64,000 nucleotides of DNA. It comes from the human T2T-CHM13v2.0 reference genome, Homo sapiens. Below, one piece after another: positions 42,273-54,275 of the stretch. How positions within the stretch are numbered: the stretch's first letter is position 1; the number at the start of each line of letters is the position of its first letter. The position numbers and the translations under genes were made by a program. The notes beneath the pieces are model-generated. The model made no database searches. It was not told where the DNA came from and was given only the letters and a program-made list of their open reading frames with translations. Location of the stretch: NCBI RefSeq assembly GCF_009914755.1, contig NC_060945.1; one strand, 5' to 3'.

Positions 42273-43923
42273 GACAGTCCACTAAACCTCAGCTCATTTT
42301 GTATTTAAAAATGGGGCTAATTATGCCCAAATCATGATGGGATGAAGTGTTGTAAGGCTTGCGAACATGCTTTAGAAACTGAAACAACATACTTGGCAGT
42401 GGAAACTTTTATCGTGTGATCTTGTGATCTTTCTTTGATGCCAAGGGGCCATCAGGTATAGCCCTGGAGCCAAATCATGGGGCATTGATCACTTGATTTG
42501 TGTTTTTTGTGCCAATGCCATCCCATTGTTCAGTGGGGCTTACTGTATGTTCAAACAGCCAGCAGCCAAGGACAAGGGCAAACACACACACACAAAGATG
42601 ACAGAGGCTGAGACAGGCTGGCCAGGCAGAATCGCACTGTGGGGAGCTGAGGCTTTGGAGCAGACTGCCTGGACCTGCAGCTCAGCCTCCAGCTGCCAGC
42701 CCTGGCTGTGGGCAGTGCTTTCCAGTTGCCAGCCTTGGTTTCCTGAATAAGAAGTGCTGAGTACAGTGGCTGCTCCATAGGAATTGACAATTGTTATTAC
42801 CCACCCTGCATACATCCCCTGCTCCAGGGCACGACCTGTCATTCCCACCCTGGTCCAAGGTTTTCAGCACCCGCCTTCTCCCAGTTCTGCTGAGCTTGAG
42901 GCTGTGGAGGTGGCTGGCTGGTGGGGGACGGAACAGGGCCACCAGCTTCTCCAGGGGAAAGGCTATCCTCTTAGTGCGCATTGCAGATGTGAAAAAGAAA
43001 TGCCATCTTCCCAAATAAAATTAAATACAACCCAGAGGCCCCAGGACTGACCCTGGAAGGAGAATTAAGCTTTCTTTCCTTTTCCAGAGGACTCCGTCTT
43101 CCCTTGAGGTCTCTGTCTGGAACCCAGCTGCCCGTGTGGGCCTTTGGGTACATCGTTCCCTCTCTGCCATCTGTAGAAAAAAATCATCCTTTCCTGCAAT
43201 CTCTGCTGCTTTGGCAGGAAATTCATGTGCAAAAGACATCTAAAATGGCTGGATGGCATCACAAGGGGAATCAACCCAGAAGGAACAGGATCCTAAACAT
43301 TTGCATCTCAAGAGAGGGCTGGCAGCGGAGGCTCGCAGGGCCTGTCCTGTTTCCCGTGGAGTTTGACCTCATCTATTCTGGCTGTTAGACTGTGATGAAG
43401 ATGCAGACACTCCAGGATTCAGCAGCCTGGGGCTTAAAAAATAATGTCACGCTCCCTTGCAATGATCGGTTTTGGTCACTTCATCCCTCTTGGCCTCGGG
43501 GCTGGAAATGAACAGCTGTCCAAGAGACCTCCAGGAATCCCTGGGAGTCTCAGAAGGGTGGCTCCTGGGCTCATGCATGAGTGAGTTCTTGTGTCTCTTC
43601 TCTCTTTCCTCTCTGGCTCTGGCTCATTCTTATCCACAGCTGCTGCCTGCCAGTCATGTGCCACAGGTTCACCATGGCCAACTGCCACCATGAAAAGCAG
43701 CATCCAAGCTGAGGAGCTCTCTTGGGATGTGCTCAGGGAATCAGACCCTCCAGGTGCTGCCTCCTTCCCTTGGCAGGAACAGACCCTGCTCTGGTTCTGA
43801 GCTACTCTCTGCCAGGCAGCTCCCAAAGCAGCACTGCTCTGCATTCAGCCTTGCTACGTCTCCTTCAGATGGGCGCACTAGATACTGAGTGATGATCATG
43901 CCTTGTCTAGGATCTCACCAAGA

Positions 43924-44152
43924 CAGTTCATGAAAGAGACAGTGCAGCTCATGGAGGAGATGGTGCAGCTCACAGAGAGGATGGTGCCATCATGGAAAGC
44001 ATGGGGCAGTCATGGAGATGACGGAGTAGCTCATGGAGAAGATAATGCCATCATGGAAGGCATAGTGCAGTCATGGAGATGATGGTGCAGCTCATGGAGA
44101 AGATGGTGCCATCATGAAAGGCATGGTGCAATCATGGAGTAGACAGTGCAGC
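43924..44152. repeat. 20/21-bp minisatellite (consensus ~cagctcatggagaagatggtg) with a 61-bp higher-order period
   Basis: Eleven units parsed by eye; the interrupted 12th unit resumes at 44939-44964. Confidence 0.9.
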
Positions 44153-44938
44153 TGGGCCAAGATTCTCCCTGACTAAGCTCTTCTCAGGCACCTCTGAGCC
44201 GTCGTCTTAACTAGGCCTCCAGCTTGGCTTGTGAAAACTGCAGACTCTCAGCACAAATGATTTGCCTCCTACATTAAGAGACTTAAATAAACACTTGCAT
44301 GGCTGTGTTTATTTAAACAGCTCAAGGCTGTGTCCCTGGGATGACAATGACTCCAGCCCCTAAAATTCCTGCTTGTGAAAGCTCATTGCTGACAGAAGGA
44401 TCTACCATTTGTTCCAGCCAACACCTGGTGGCAGGCAGATAGGCCCTGAGCCCCATTTAAGAGCAGTTCCTTTAGAAAGCTTGCAATTGTAAATCTTTTC
44501 TCTGCCCATTTGAGATGTAAATCTTCTACCACCTAGAACTGTCTTCTCAAGGACCTGTGAGCTGACTCACTGAAATGCAAACATTCAGGGAGATAACTCC
44601 ACTCCTGTCCCCATGCGATGGCGAGGCCCTGACTTTGGTGGGCACCTTGCTCTTATTTGCACCACCACCTCCTGTCCTAAAGACATGAGACGTTTGTCTC
44701 TCCTCTGGATAAGTGCCTATTAACCAACCCAGGTGTCCTGGTCACATGAACCAGTCCAGCCTAGCACCTGGCACTGCCTTTCCCTCAGCACACTCCAGTC
44801 TGTAAAAGTCTCCTTATGGTTGTTTTGGCAAAGTTGAGCTTAGTTAATGCTAGACCCCTTCTCTACTGCAATAGTTACTGCTGAATAAAGTCTATCCTTA
44901 CCACTTTAACTAGTGTTGGGCTTTGTTTCTCTTTCATA
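44153..44938 (+). mobile_element. ERV1 solo LTR, MER67/MER31-like
   Basis: aagattctccctgactaagctct..ctctgagcc..aactaggcctc at the 5' end; gaataaagtctatcctt poly(A) region; flanks are two halves of one minisatellite unit. Confidence 0.75.
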
Positions 44939-45854
44939 AGCTCATGGAGAAGACAATGCAGTTCCATCAAGTTTCTGGCTCTTACACTGCTAACAGTCAG
45001 CTCTGGGGTCCCTGAGAGGGACAGACTCACACCACCCGCTTCATCCAGGTGCCGTCAACGTTCCTGGTTCCTCTTTGGTTCCTCCTCACTGCAAGAAGTC
45101 TCACTCTACCTGAAGCCTCAAATCAGAGCCCCTTCACATGCGGATACGGTGAACAGATCTTAGCCATCGTGGGATCAGGAGCTCAGGAGTTTGAGATCAG
45201 ACTTGACAACATAGTGAGACCTTATCTCACTATGTTCCTGAAGTCAGGGACTAGGGATCCAGTCTTTTGTTATCTCCTTGTTTCCCATGCTTCTGGGTCC
45301 AGAGAGAGAGAGATTCCCTTTTGTCTGTTTTGGGAATATACAGTCTGGGTTTCCTGACTTCCTGGGCGAGTGACCCCAGAGCTATCCTGGCACAATACGA
45401 TAACCATCCCCCAGAGAGACAGGATGGCTCCAGCCACAGATGGGTGACTCATCCCTGGCAGGTGTCCCCGGGCCAGGGCTTGGGCAGCCAGTACCAGTGC
45501 CCGTGGATCCCCTCCCCACCGCCATTAACTTACTAGTTCAGCCCAGCTTTCTCCCGTAAGAATTCTCCATGCCTAGTAGGACGATCCAGGGCGTCATAAG
45601 ATGCAGCTCTTCTTCTTCAGACTGAGGCCCCTGATTACCTTACTTCTCTCCCTCGCTGTGCAACCTGGTCTCCTGCCTCGCAGGTGCTGACCTAGCTGTC
45701 TCTTCCTAACTCCTCTAATCTGATGCATGATTTGCTTACTCACAATCTAATATCTTTTCTGTAACTTGTCTCTGGGCCTCTTTCCCTCTTCTGCACTCAG
45801 TGATTCTTGGGGAGACCTTTTGGGTAATCTCCCCTGACTCTTCTCCTCTATGTC

Positions 45855-46190
45855 TTTTTTTCTTTTCTTTTGTTTTTTTCTTCTTCTTTTTTTTTTTTTT
45901 TTTGTTGAGACAGGGTCTTTCTGCGTAGCCCAGGCTGGAGTGCAGTGGCATGATCATGGCTCACTGCAGCCTTGACCTCCCGGGCTCAAGAGCTCCTCCC
46001 GCCTCAGCCTCCTGAGTAGCTGAGACTGCAGGTGTGCGCCACCGCACCCTGCTAATTTTTTTAAATTTTTAGTAGAGATAAGGTCTCACTATGTTGCCCA
46101 GGTTGGTCTCAAACTCCTGAGCTCAAATGATCCTCCTGCCTTAGCCTCCCAAAGCGCTGGATTTACGGGCATGCGCCACTACACCCAGCC
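45855..46190 (-). mobile_element. AluJ
   Basis: J-type diagnostics (ctgcagccttgacctcccgggctcaag), long T-rich tail. Confidence 0.93.
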
Positions 46191-47553
46191 TTGTTTCTAT
46201 GTCTTGACCCCACTCTCCCATCAGTCTCTTCTTGTCCCTGGTTCTCTCAATGCAAATTTTCCACACAAAGAGTGCACTCACCTTCCACAGCCTCTCCTCC
46301 CTCTCCACTACAGAACCCTTCCCTTCTCCCAAAGTGAATGTCCCTTCCTGCAGCTATTTATCCATCTCTGGTCCTCTGGACTGGTATTCTTGAATGTTTC
46401 TGCCCCACTCCTATGGTAGTTCTAGTTTTTTATGAAGTTTCAGGTATTTTTTCTGTGACCCTAGAGATCAGGGATGCCAGGACCTCAAAGAATGATATGT
46501 CCCTATGGACAATATGAAAGGCATTACAATTACTGTTAAAGGATATGTGTTTAATGCAGAGTGGACAGTGAGCTTGTCCACACCCGAATGTCTTGGGTAG
46601 GGATGATGCTATAGATGACATTCTGGCTTTTGGAATATTCAGGCCAAAGTAGGGTCATTGAATTAAATGTTGTAACCCCGAATATCTTTGGATGAAATTC
46701 ACAGGAACGTGGTTGCAAAAGCTATTTTTTAGAAGAGAAATAAAAGTGGTTTTTTTTGGCCAATTTCTCTTTACGATGAAAATGCTTTTGCCTTTTGGGA
46801 TCCAAATATATGCTGGCATTTATGCATTTTTCAGCTTCGTTCTCCACAGCTGTGCCTTGGTTGAAACAGCTCATGCATGTGGCTGGTAACCCTGGCGCCG
46901 CCCTGGTGGAAACCTTGCCACACAGTAGGACTTGTAGGTCCCCACCTCGCTGCAGCTTAATTAGGGAATTACATTTTTCTGAAGACTTTTGGTTGACTGA
47001 ATTTAATAGACTGAGGAGTTTTTTAATGTTATTATATTGGTAATAAGTTCTTCAGTATGATTTAATATTTGAAATTATTTAAAGCAAGGATTCATATTAA
47101 CAGGAATGAACTTATCACCTTTTATGCTAATGTTTTACGGTCTTGAAATAACTGAAATGATATGAATCTTTTGCAGGACATCAATTCTGGATATCGTTTT
47201 TGCTTTCATTTGGAAAGATGTTGGCATAGTTTCACAGTATTTTATTGACGAAAGCATTAAGTCTACATAGGAGTAACTATTAATAGTTCTTCTTTTGTGA
47301 CCCATTTGAATGCTGTACAATTTCACCCAGTAGCCACTGGGAGTGTACTGTGGTGGGTTTACTTTACATCTACCCCTTTCTCTAGCTTCCACCCATAACA
47401 CACAAACATAGGCACACACGTACACACTTTTGTCTTGTTTGATTGTCTGACATAATTCTTAATACAGGAAAATGACCATTTTTGAGTATGGAAGACAAAT
47501 GGTTTCTACCATATTGATATATCCAAGGTGGTGGGGGAAAACCATGATGAAAC

Positions 47554-47609
47554 TTTTTTTTTTTTCCCCCAGAGACAGGGTCTCATTCTGTCACCCAGGC
47601 TGGAGTGCA
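47554..47609 (-). mobile_element. Alu 3'-end fragment
   Basis: Poly(T) + agagacagggtctcattctgtcacccaggctggagtgca, then an abrupt stop. Confidence 0.85.
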
Positions 47610-49403
47610 TCTGCTCTATGTCCAGGATCATAGAGCAGAGGCATAGGAGGGAGGGTCTAGTAATTACATCTTCTTTGCCTTTAGTTTCTATGAAATAAAT
47701 GGATTGTGGTTTTTACCTTTTTTTTTTTTTGCATGCCTAGTAATTTTGGATGCCAGATGTGAATTTCATATTTTGGGGTACTAAATTTTATCATATTCCC
47801 TTAAAGAGTGTTGGATTACTTACTTTTCTTGCATGCAACTAAGTAACCTTTGGACAAGTCTGATTCTGCTGAGGTTTGATCTGAGGCTTTGTCATGGTGA
47901 GTCAAAGACTACGTTAATTCTAATAAGAAGACGGGTGGAGCCTCTACCCCATGCCTGAGTGTTTTGAGGTTGCTTCTTTTTGGCTGGTGGGAAGATGAGT
48001 GATTCCAATTCCATGGGAGCTCTGGGAATTATTCATGGAGCTTTTTCTTGAGCTTGGATGGTTTCCTTCATTTTGGCTTCAGGGAATTTTCTCGCACAGA
48101 TCGGTATTCAAAGACTCAAGGAAATGCTCTGAAGACCTCTGCAGCTCTCTCTCTGCAGCTCCCTTCTTTTTGCTATTGAGTCTTGCAAAATTAGTCTCCC
48201 TGGTGTCCCCTGGTGGAGGTGATGACCTCATTGCCTTTTCCAGATTTACATGGTATACCCACTCTAGTATGCCTCTGTCATACCTCTGTTGACATAGAGT
48301 GGGCCCGTGTTCCAGGTGATGCTACTCAGTGTCCTGTATCAGTGGGTCACACACGGAGCCTCAGGTGGTGCTGCTGCATTTGGATCGATAGAGGCTTGTG
48401 GATTGGAAAGGAAACGCACACTAGAATATGTGTCAATTCCAGTCAAGGTGGATTATTGCCTCTTCTGGGGTAGAAGGACTTTAATGACCTCAATTTGAAA
48501 CCAAAAGCTGGTCTCCTTGAAAGCTGGTGCCATGTCAGGGGCTCAGACCTTCTGATCCTCCTTCCTGGCTGTGAAAGGAAGGGAGGTATTTTCCAGGTCA
48601 CTGACCACATACCATGTACCTGGAGCCATGTTGCTCTCCTCTAGCAAAGATGCAGCAGATGCAGTTGGGGCTGCCACTCGACTGAGTTTGAAGCACTCCA
48701 CTGACATCCTTCAGGCTGTCTGGTTTCTGTAGAGCCCACACTGGTGAATTAAATGAAGATGGGGTTCATCACCACCCCAGCTTCTTGTGGGTATGTAAGA
48801 GTGACCTTAATCTCTGCCATTTCATTGGGATGTGATATTACTTTTTATTTATTATTTTGGCTGGAGCAAGGACAGTTCAGAGCTTCTACTTAGCCTTCCC
48901 AACTAAGAACACTCTTATGCCACAAGCCATGAGTCTAATATGGATGTTCTGTCAACTGTCCAATACATCTATTTCCAGTCCATCCACTTTGTACCTGTGC
49001 CAGGATCCCATCTATACTCGACCCCTGGATGCCCCTTCTCTAACAGGAAGGCCAACGCTTTGGATCCCCCTTTCCACTTGGATTCTACAGTTAAAAATCT
49101 TCAAGATGTTTGAGTGTTCTCCTTCCCTGGTGCATTGTTACTCAAGGAGATGTCTATGGGTCCTTTTGAGGAAGAACTAGGAAAATTACTACTGCATACA
49201 GTAGGCTTGATGTTGGTAGATCCTTTCTCCTGGGGACTTGGCTTTCTGTCAATTGCTTCTGGATCTGAAAACTGGTTCAGATCTAAAAATAGAGCAAGGA
49301 ATCTTGACTTCTTATTGAGATGTTGGCTCTCAGCCCCTTGATTGTCCATCTTTGGTTTCTTGTATAGATTTATAGATCTTTGTATAGGTGTGTTTGTATA
49401 GCT

Positions 49404-51895
49404 CAGGTTTTCTCAATCTTGGCACCATTAACATTTTGAGCCAGATCATTCTTTGCTGTCAGGGGCAGTCCTGAATACTGTAGGTGTAGTAGTCCATTCT
49501 CATGCTGCTATAAAGAAATACTCGAGACTGATATTTTATAAAGAAAAGAGGCTTAATTGACTCACAGTTCTGGATGAGTTGGGAGGCCTCAGGAAACTTA
49601 CAATCATGGCAGAAGGCACCTCTTCACAGGGTGGCAGGAGAGAGAATGAGTGCCAAGCAAAGAGGGAAAAGCCCCTTATAAAACCATCAGATCTCATGAG
49701 CACTCACTCACTATCACAAGAACAGCATGGGGGTAACTGCCCCCAAGATTCAACTACCTCCCACCAGGTCCTTCCCATGACATGTGGGAATTAGGGGAAC
49801 TACAATTCAAAATAAGATTTGGGTGGGGAAACAGCCAAACTATACCATGCCTCCCCTGGTCCCTCCCAAGTCTTATGTCCTTACATTTCAAAACACAATG
49901 ATGCCTTTCCAACAGTTCCCCAGAGTCTTAACTCATTCCAGCATTAACCCAAAAGACCAAGTCCAAAGTCTCATCTGAGACAAGGCAAGTACCTTCTGCT
50001 TATGAGCCTGTAAAATCAAAAGCAAGTTAGTTACTTCCTAGATACAATGGAGGCACAGGCACTGGGTAAATATACCTGTTCCAAATTGGAGAAATTGGCT
50101 AAAACAAAGGGGCTACAGGTCCCATGCAAGTCTGAAATCCAATAGAGCAGTCATTAAAGTTTAAAGTTCCAAAATAATCTCCTTTGACTCCATGTGTCAC
50201 ATCCAGGTCACCTCGTTGCAGGAGGTGGACTCCCACAGCCTTGGGCAGCTCCACTCCTGTGGCTTTGTGGGGTACAGAACTTCCTCCCAGTTGCTTTCAC
50301 AGACTGGGGTTGAGTGTCTGCAGCTTTTCCAAGTGCACAGTGCAAGCTGCTGGTGGATCTACTATTCTGGGGTCTGGAGGACAGTGGCTCTCTTCTCACA
50401 GCTCCACCAGGCAGTGCCCTGTGAGGACTCTGTGTGTGGGCTCTGGCCCCACATTGCCTTTCCACACTGCCATAGCAGAGATTCTCCATGAGGACTCTGC
50501 CCCTGCAGCAGATTTCTGTCTGGACATCCAGGTGTTTCCATACATCCTCTGAAATCTAGGTGGAGGTTCCCAAACCTCAGTTCTTGTCTTCTGTGTACCT
50601 GCATGACAGACACCAAGTGGAAGCTGCCAAGGCTGGGGGCTTGTGCCTCTGAAGCAATGACTCGAGCTCTACCTTGGCCCCTTTTAGACATGGCTGGAGC
50701 AACCGGTATACAAGACACCAAGTCTCGAGGCTGCACACAGCAGGGGGCGGCCCTGGACCCAGCTCAAGAAACCATTTTTCCCTCCTAGGCCTCTGGGTCT
50801 GTGATGGGAGGGGCTGCTGTGAGGGTCTCTGATATGCCCTGGAGACATTTTCCCCATTGTCTTGGCAATTAACATTTGGCTTCTAATTATTTATGCAAAT
50901 TTCTGCAGCCAGCTTGAATTTCTCTCCAGAAACTGGGTTTTTCTTTTCTATTACATCACCAGTCTGCAAATTTTCCAAACTTTTTTGCTTTGTTTCTTCT
51001 TGAATGCTTTGCCGCTTAGAATTTTTTTCTGCCAAATACCCTAAATCATCTCTCAAGTTCGAAGTTCCACAGATCTCTAGGGTAGGGGTAAAATGCTGCC
51101 AGTCTCTTTGCTAAAGCATGACAAGAGTTACCTTAACTCCAGTTCCCAACAAGTTCCTCATCTCCATCTGAGACCCTCAGCCTGGACTTCATTGTCCATA
51201 TCGCTACCAGCATTTTGGTCAAAGCCATTCAACAAGTCTCTAGGAAGTTCCAAATGTTCCCACATTTTCCTATCTTCTTCTGAGCCCTTCAAACTCTTTC
51301 AAACTCTGCCTGTTACCCAGTTCCAAAGTTGCTTCCACGTTTTCAGGTATCCTTATAGCAGCACTCCACTCCTGGTACCAATTTACTGTATTAGTCCGTT
51401 TTCACACTGCTATGAAGAAATATATCCAAGACTGGGTATTTTAAAAGAAAAGAGGTTTAATTGATTTGTAGTTCTGCATGGCTGGGGAGTCCTCAGGAAA
51501 CTTACAATCATGGTGAAGGCACCTCTTCACAGGGCAGCAGGAGAGAGAATGAGTGCCAAGCAAAGGGGGAAAAGCCCCTTATAAAACCATCAGATCTCAT
51601 GAGAACTCATTCACTATCCTGAGAACAGCATAGGGGTAACTACTCCCAAGATTCAACTACCTCCCACTGGGTCCCTCCCATGACATGTGGGAATTATGGG
51701 AACTACAATTCAAGATAAGATTTGGGTGGGGGCATAGCCAAAGCATATCAGCAGGATATTTAGCAGCATCCCAGCTCTCTACACGCTGGATATCATTTAC
51801 GTCCTCTTAGTTCAGATGGTAATAACTGAAAATATTTTCCCTCAGCTGTGACAACAAAAATGTCTCCAGACATTGCCAGTGCCTCCCTAGGGAGA
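49404..51895 (+). mobile_element. MER20 hAT MITE split by a THE1 insertion (49404-49484 and ~51756-51895)
   Basis: ttctcaatcttggcaccattaacattttgagccagat...ctgtagg | atatttagcagcatccc...gtgacaacaaaaatgtctccagacattgcca. Confidence 0.85.
49485..51750 (-). mobile_element. Full-length THE1 (C/D-like) MaLR: LTR 49485-49847, internal 49848-51386, LTR 51387-51750
   Basis: Two direct ~363-bp LTRs, ~1.54-kb THE1-int (…ctcctggtaccaatttac), TSD gtagg/gcagg. Confidence 0.95.
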
Positions 51896-51914
51896 GAAGA
51901 GGAAATGCCCTGCT

Positions 51915-53479
51915 CCTCCTTTGGGAACCACAAGGGTAGATTGAGGGCTTTACTTGTTGGCTGCCCTCTGTCTTGTTGGTATGGGTGCTGTGTTCTATTA
52001 ACATCTATTACCATAGCTTGGTGTAAGGCCAGCCTGCTGCCTGCCCTTTTATGATTATTGCACCCACCTTGCTTTTGATGGGTGATTGTTGCCACCCAGC
52101 CTCTATTATTTCTAGATCCTGCCATGCCTGTTGCTATCAGGGAGCCTGGTTCTGTAGTGGCTTCCCCTATGCCCAGTCCTGTCCTGCAGATGATGGACAC
52201 CACTGTGTTACTCATTACTTTTGAGGTCCCTCTATTAGCACGTCCCTTGTTGCTTTGGTAAAGGCAATGCCCTCATCGCACTTTTCCAGACTTTCATGGT
52301 GTATCCACTGTGGCATGCTCTCAACTCTAGGCCCTTGGTTCCCACATCCACTTGTTGCCATGGCGGGTCTGGCATTTTGGCCTCAGTCAATATGGGCACC
52401 ATCTTCTTCAATGTTCCAAAAGCCACCCTAGCAGCTTTTAGGTATCTTCTCCTGAGGTCTTTCCTAAAGTGTTAAGTCCTGTATCATCAGATAGTTTTCC
52501 TGTATCAATGAACTTTCTCTTGCCCAACTTCATTTTCTGCTCCTGCTCCTGCTCCTGCTAGTGCCTTCCTGCCTTGATCTGATGCTTAATTCCAGTCTTC
52601 TACACATTCTTTGTACATGTTGGCCAAGTCCTGAAGGTCCTTTGGGGAGAGCCCTTTCCTCCACTATCAGGCTTAGAACTCTTCCCCACAAGCTTATGGG
52701 TGATTCTAGCTTAGTCATGAGTTTGTTGGGCATGAGGGAAGGTGAGAATTCTCTTGGGATAGGTGTGTATTATCCTACCAGACAGAGACTCTGCATCATC
52801 TTCAAGCACCAGGGGCACTAGCCTTCGACAGGGAGAAGGCCAATCTTGCAAGCCCAGAGGCATCAGAGGGATCTGGGAATTTGAGATCTTCAAGCACACC
52901 CACCCATGACTCAGCATCCATTTCTGTTTCAATCAGGCCCTGACCTTGGCCCAGCACACCTGCTGACACTGAGGATTTAGATTTGTGTGGTGTTCTGCTA
53001 GGCTCATGATAAGGCTTGGGCCTTTCTTCAGGTTCCTCTGCCTGCAGCCCACAGGAAATAAGAGTCTTCTTTACTTTTATAAAATAAGCCAGAGCTTCCA
53101 AAATGGGCCTGGGTTTCATACTTAGCCTTGAGTTCCTAATGAATCACCCCCAGCCTTGCTTTATTTCTGTCTATAGCCTTGATTTCCGCAGCAGCAGCTA
53201 AATGATTTCATTGTCTTTATAACTACCCTTTCCCCCATATTTCTTGGCTATCTGACTCAGCCACGTCATGGTTCCCACATCGTGCATGCTTTCCACAGGT
53301 ATAGCACCCCACTTCCCCAGGGTGAGCGCCCTAACACCTGCACACTGCTGCACTTCAGTGGGGCTCCATGCTGCACCTGCACGCTGCACTGAGGGTCCAC
53401 ACTTTCAGCTGGCTGGCAGGTGATCCAGATCCAAGCCCTGTGCCAAGGTCTGCTTTCCTCCCACTGCTCCTGATGTGAC
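51915..53479 (-). mobile_element. ERVL-class internal relic (gag region; HERV16/ERVL-E-like)
   Basis: ORF 51793-52215(-) reads ICRTGLGIGEATTEPGSLIATGMAGSRNNRGWVATITHQKQGG, resembling the ERVL Gag C-terminal region; adjoins an LTR16-like LTR. Confidence 0.7.
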
Positions 53480-53887
53480 TGTCAGGTCAGTTTCCTGGAA
53501 GCTGCCTCTAAGGTGGAGATGAGAATGCAGGGTGATACTGAGCCATGCCTTGTAATGATACTGTGTGGCAGTGAATGGGGCAGGATGGGGCAGAGACAGA
53601 ACTCAGGCCATGATTGAGGCAGAGCAATGCCTCCGTGGATCCTACAACAAGCTTTGGAGATGGAATGGAAGATTCTGCAGAGTTGTTCCAAATTGGGACC
53701 AGGGGGCCAGGCCTTTTTTGGATATGTTCTGCCCCCTGCATAGCTCCCTTTGGCTGACAGCAATCTCTTTAGGGGCTCAGAATTGAGAGTTGGGTCCATC
53801 ACCAACACTCTCAGCAGGTGGGACAATGAGTACTTCAGTCCCCAGAGGGTGGGGGATTGGGGTGGTCCACTATGGAGTCCAGCACAG
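53480..53887 (-). mobile_element. LTR16-like 5' LTR
   Basis: tgtcaggtcagtttcctggaagc...aggtggagat typical of reverse LTR16; PBS-like remnant immediately to the left. Confidence 0.65.
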
Positions 53888-53911
53888 AAACCAACTTTAG
53901 CTCTTGGTCAG

Positions 53912-54275
53912 AGGTCTTAGTCACCTCAGGATGCCTTAAAAGAATACCACAGTCGGGAGGGTCAGCAACAGAAAATTACATTCTAACAGTTCTGGACGCT
54001 GGAAATCCAAGGTCAAGGTGCCAGGGCTGGCTCCTTCTGAGATCTCTCCCCTTGGCTTTTTCTCCCTGTGTCTCCACAGGGCCGTCCCCCTGTGCATGTC
54101 TGTGTCTCAAGCTCTTCTTCTTATAAGGACACCAGTCATAATAGATTAGGGTCCAACACTTATATACCTCATTGAACCTTAAACCTCATTAGAGGCCCTA
54201 TCTCCACATGCAGCTGTGTTGGGGGGCGGGCCTTCAGCATATGAATTTTGCAGGGACACGATCTGGTCTGTAGCT
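53912..54275 (-). mobile_element. MLT1A/B-like LTR
   Basis: cagttctggacgctggaaatccaaggtcaaggtg...cttataaggacaccagtcat. Confidence 0.85.

Noticed and set aside
43924-44152. Regular short repeats, superficially CRISPR-like
   Set aside because: No unique spacers, units are contiguous and degenerate, eukaryotic context, no cas genes.
50184-51464. Cluster of 90-125 aa ORFs
   Set aside because: All lie inside the THE1 element; typical MaLR internal open frames.
51793-52215. 140-aa Gag-like ORF as a domesticated gene
   Set aside because: No true ATG start, it runs into MER20 sequence, and neighbouring gag segments are in other frames; a decayed relic.
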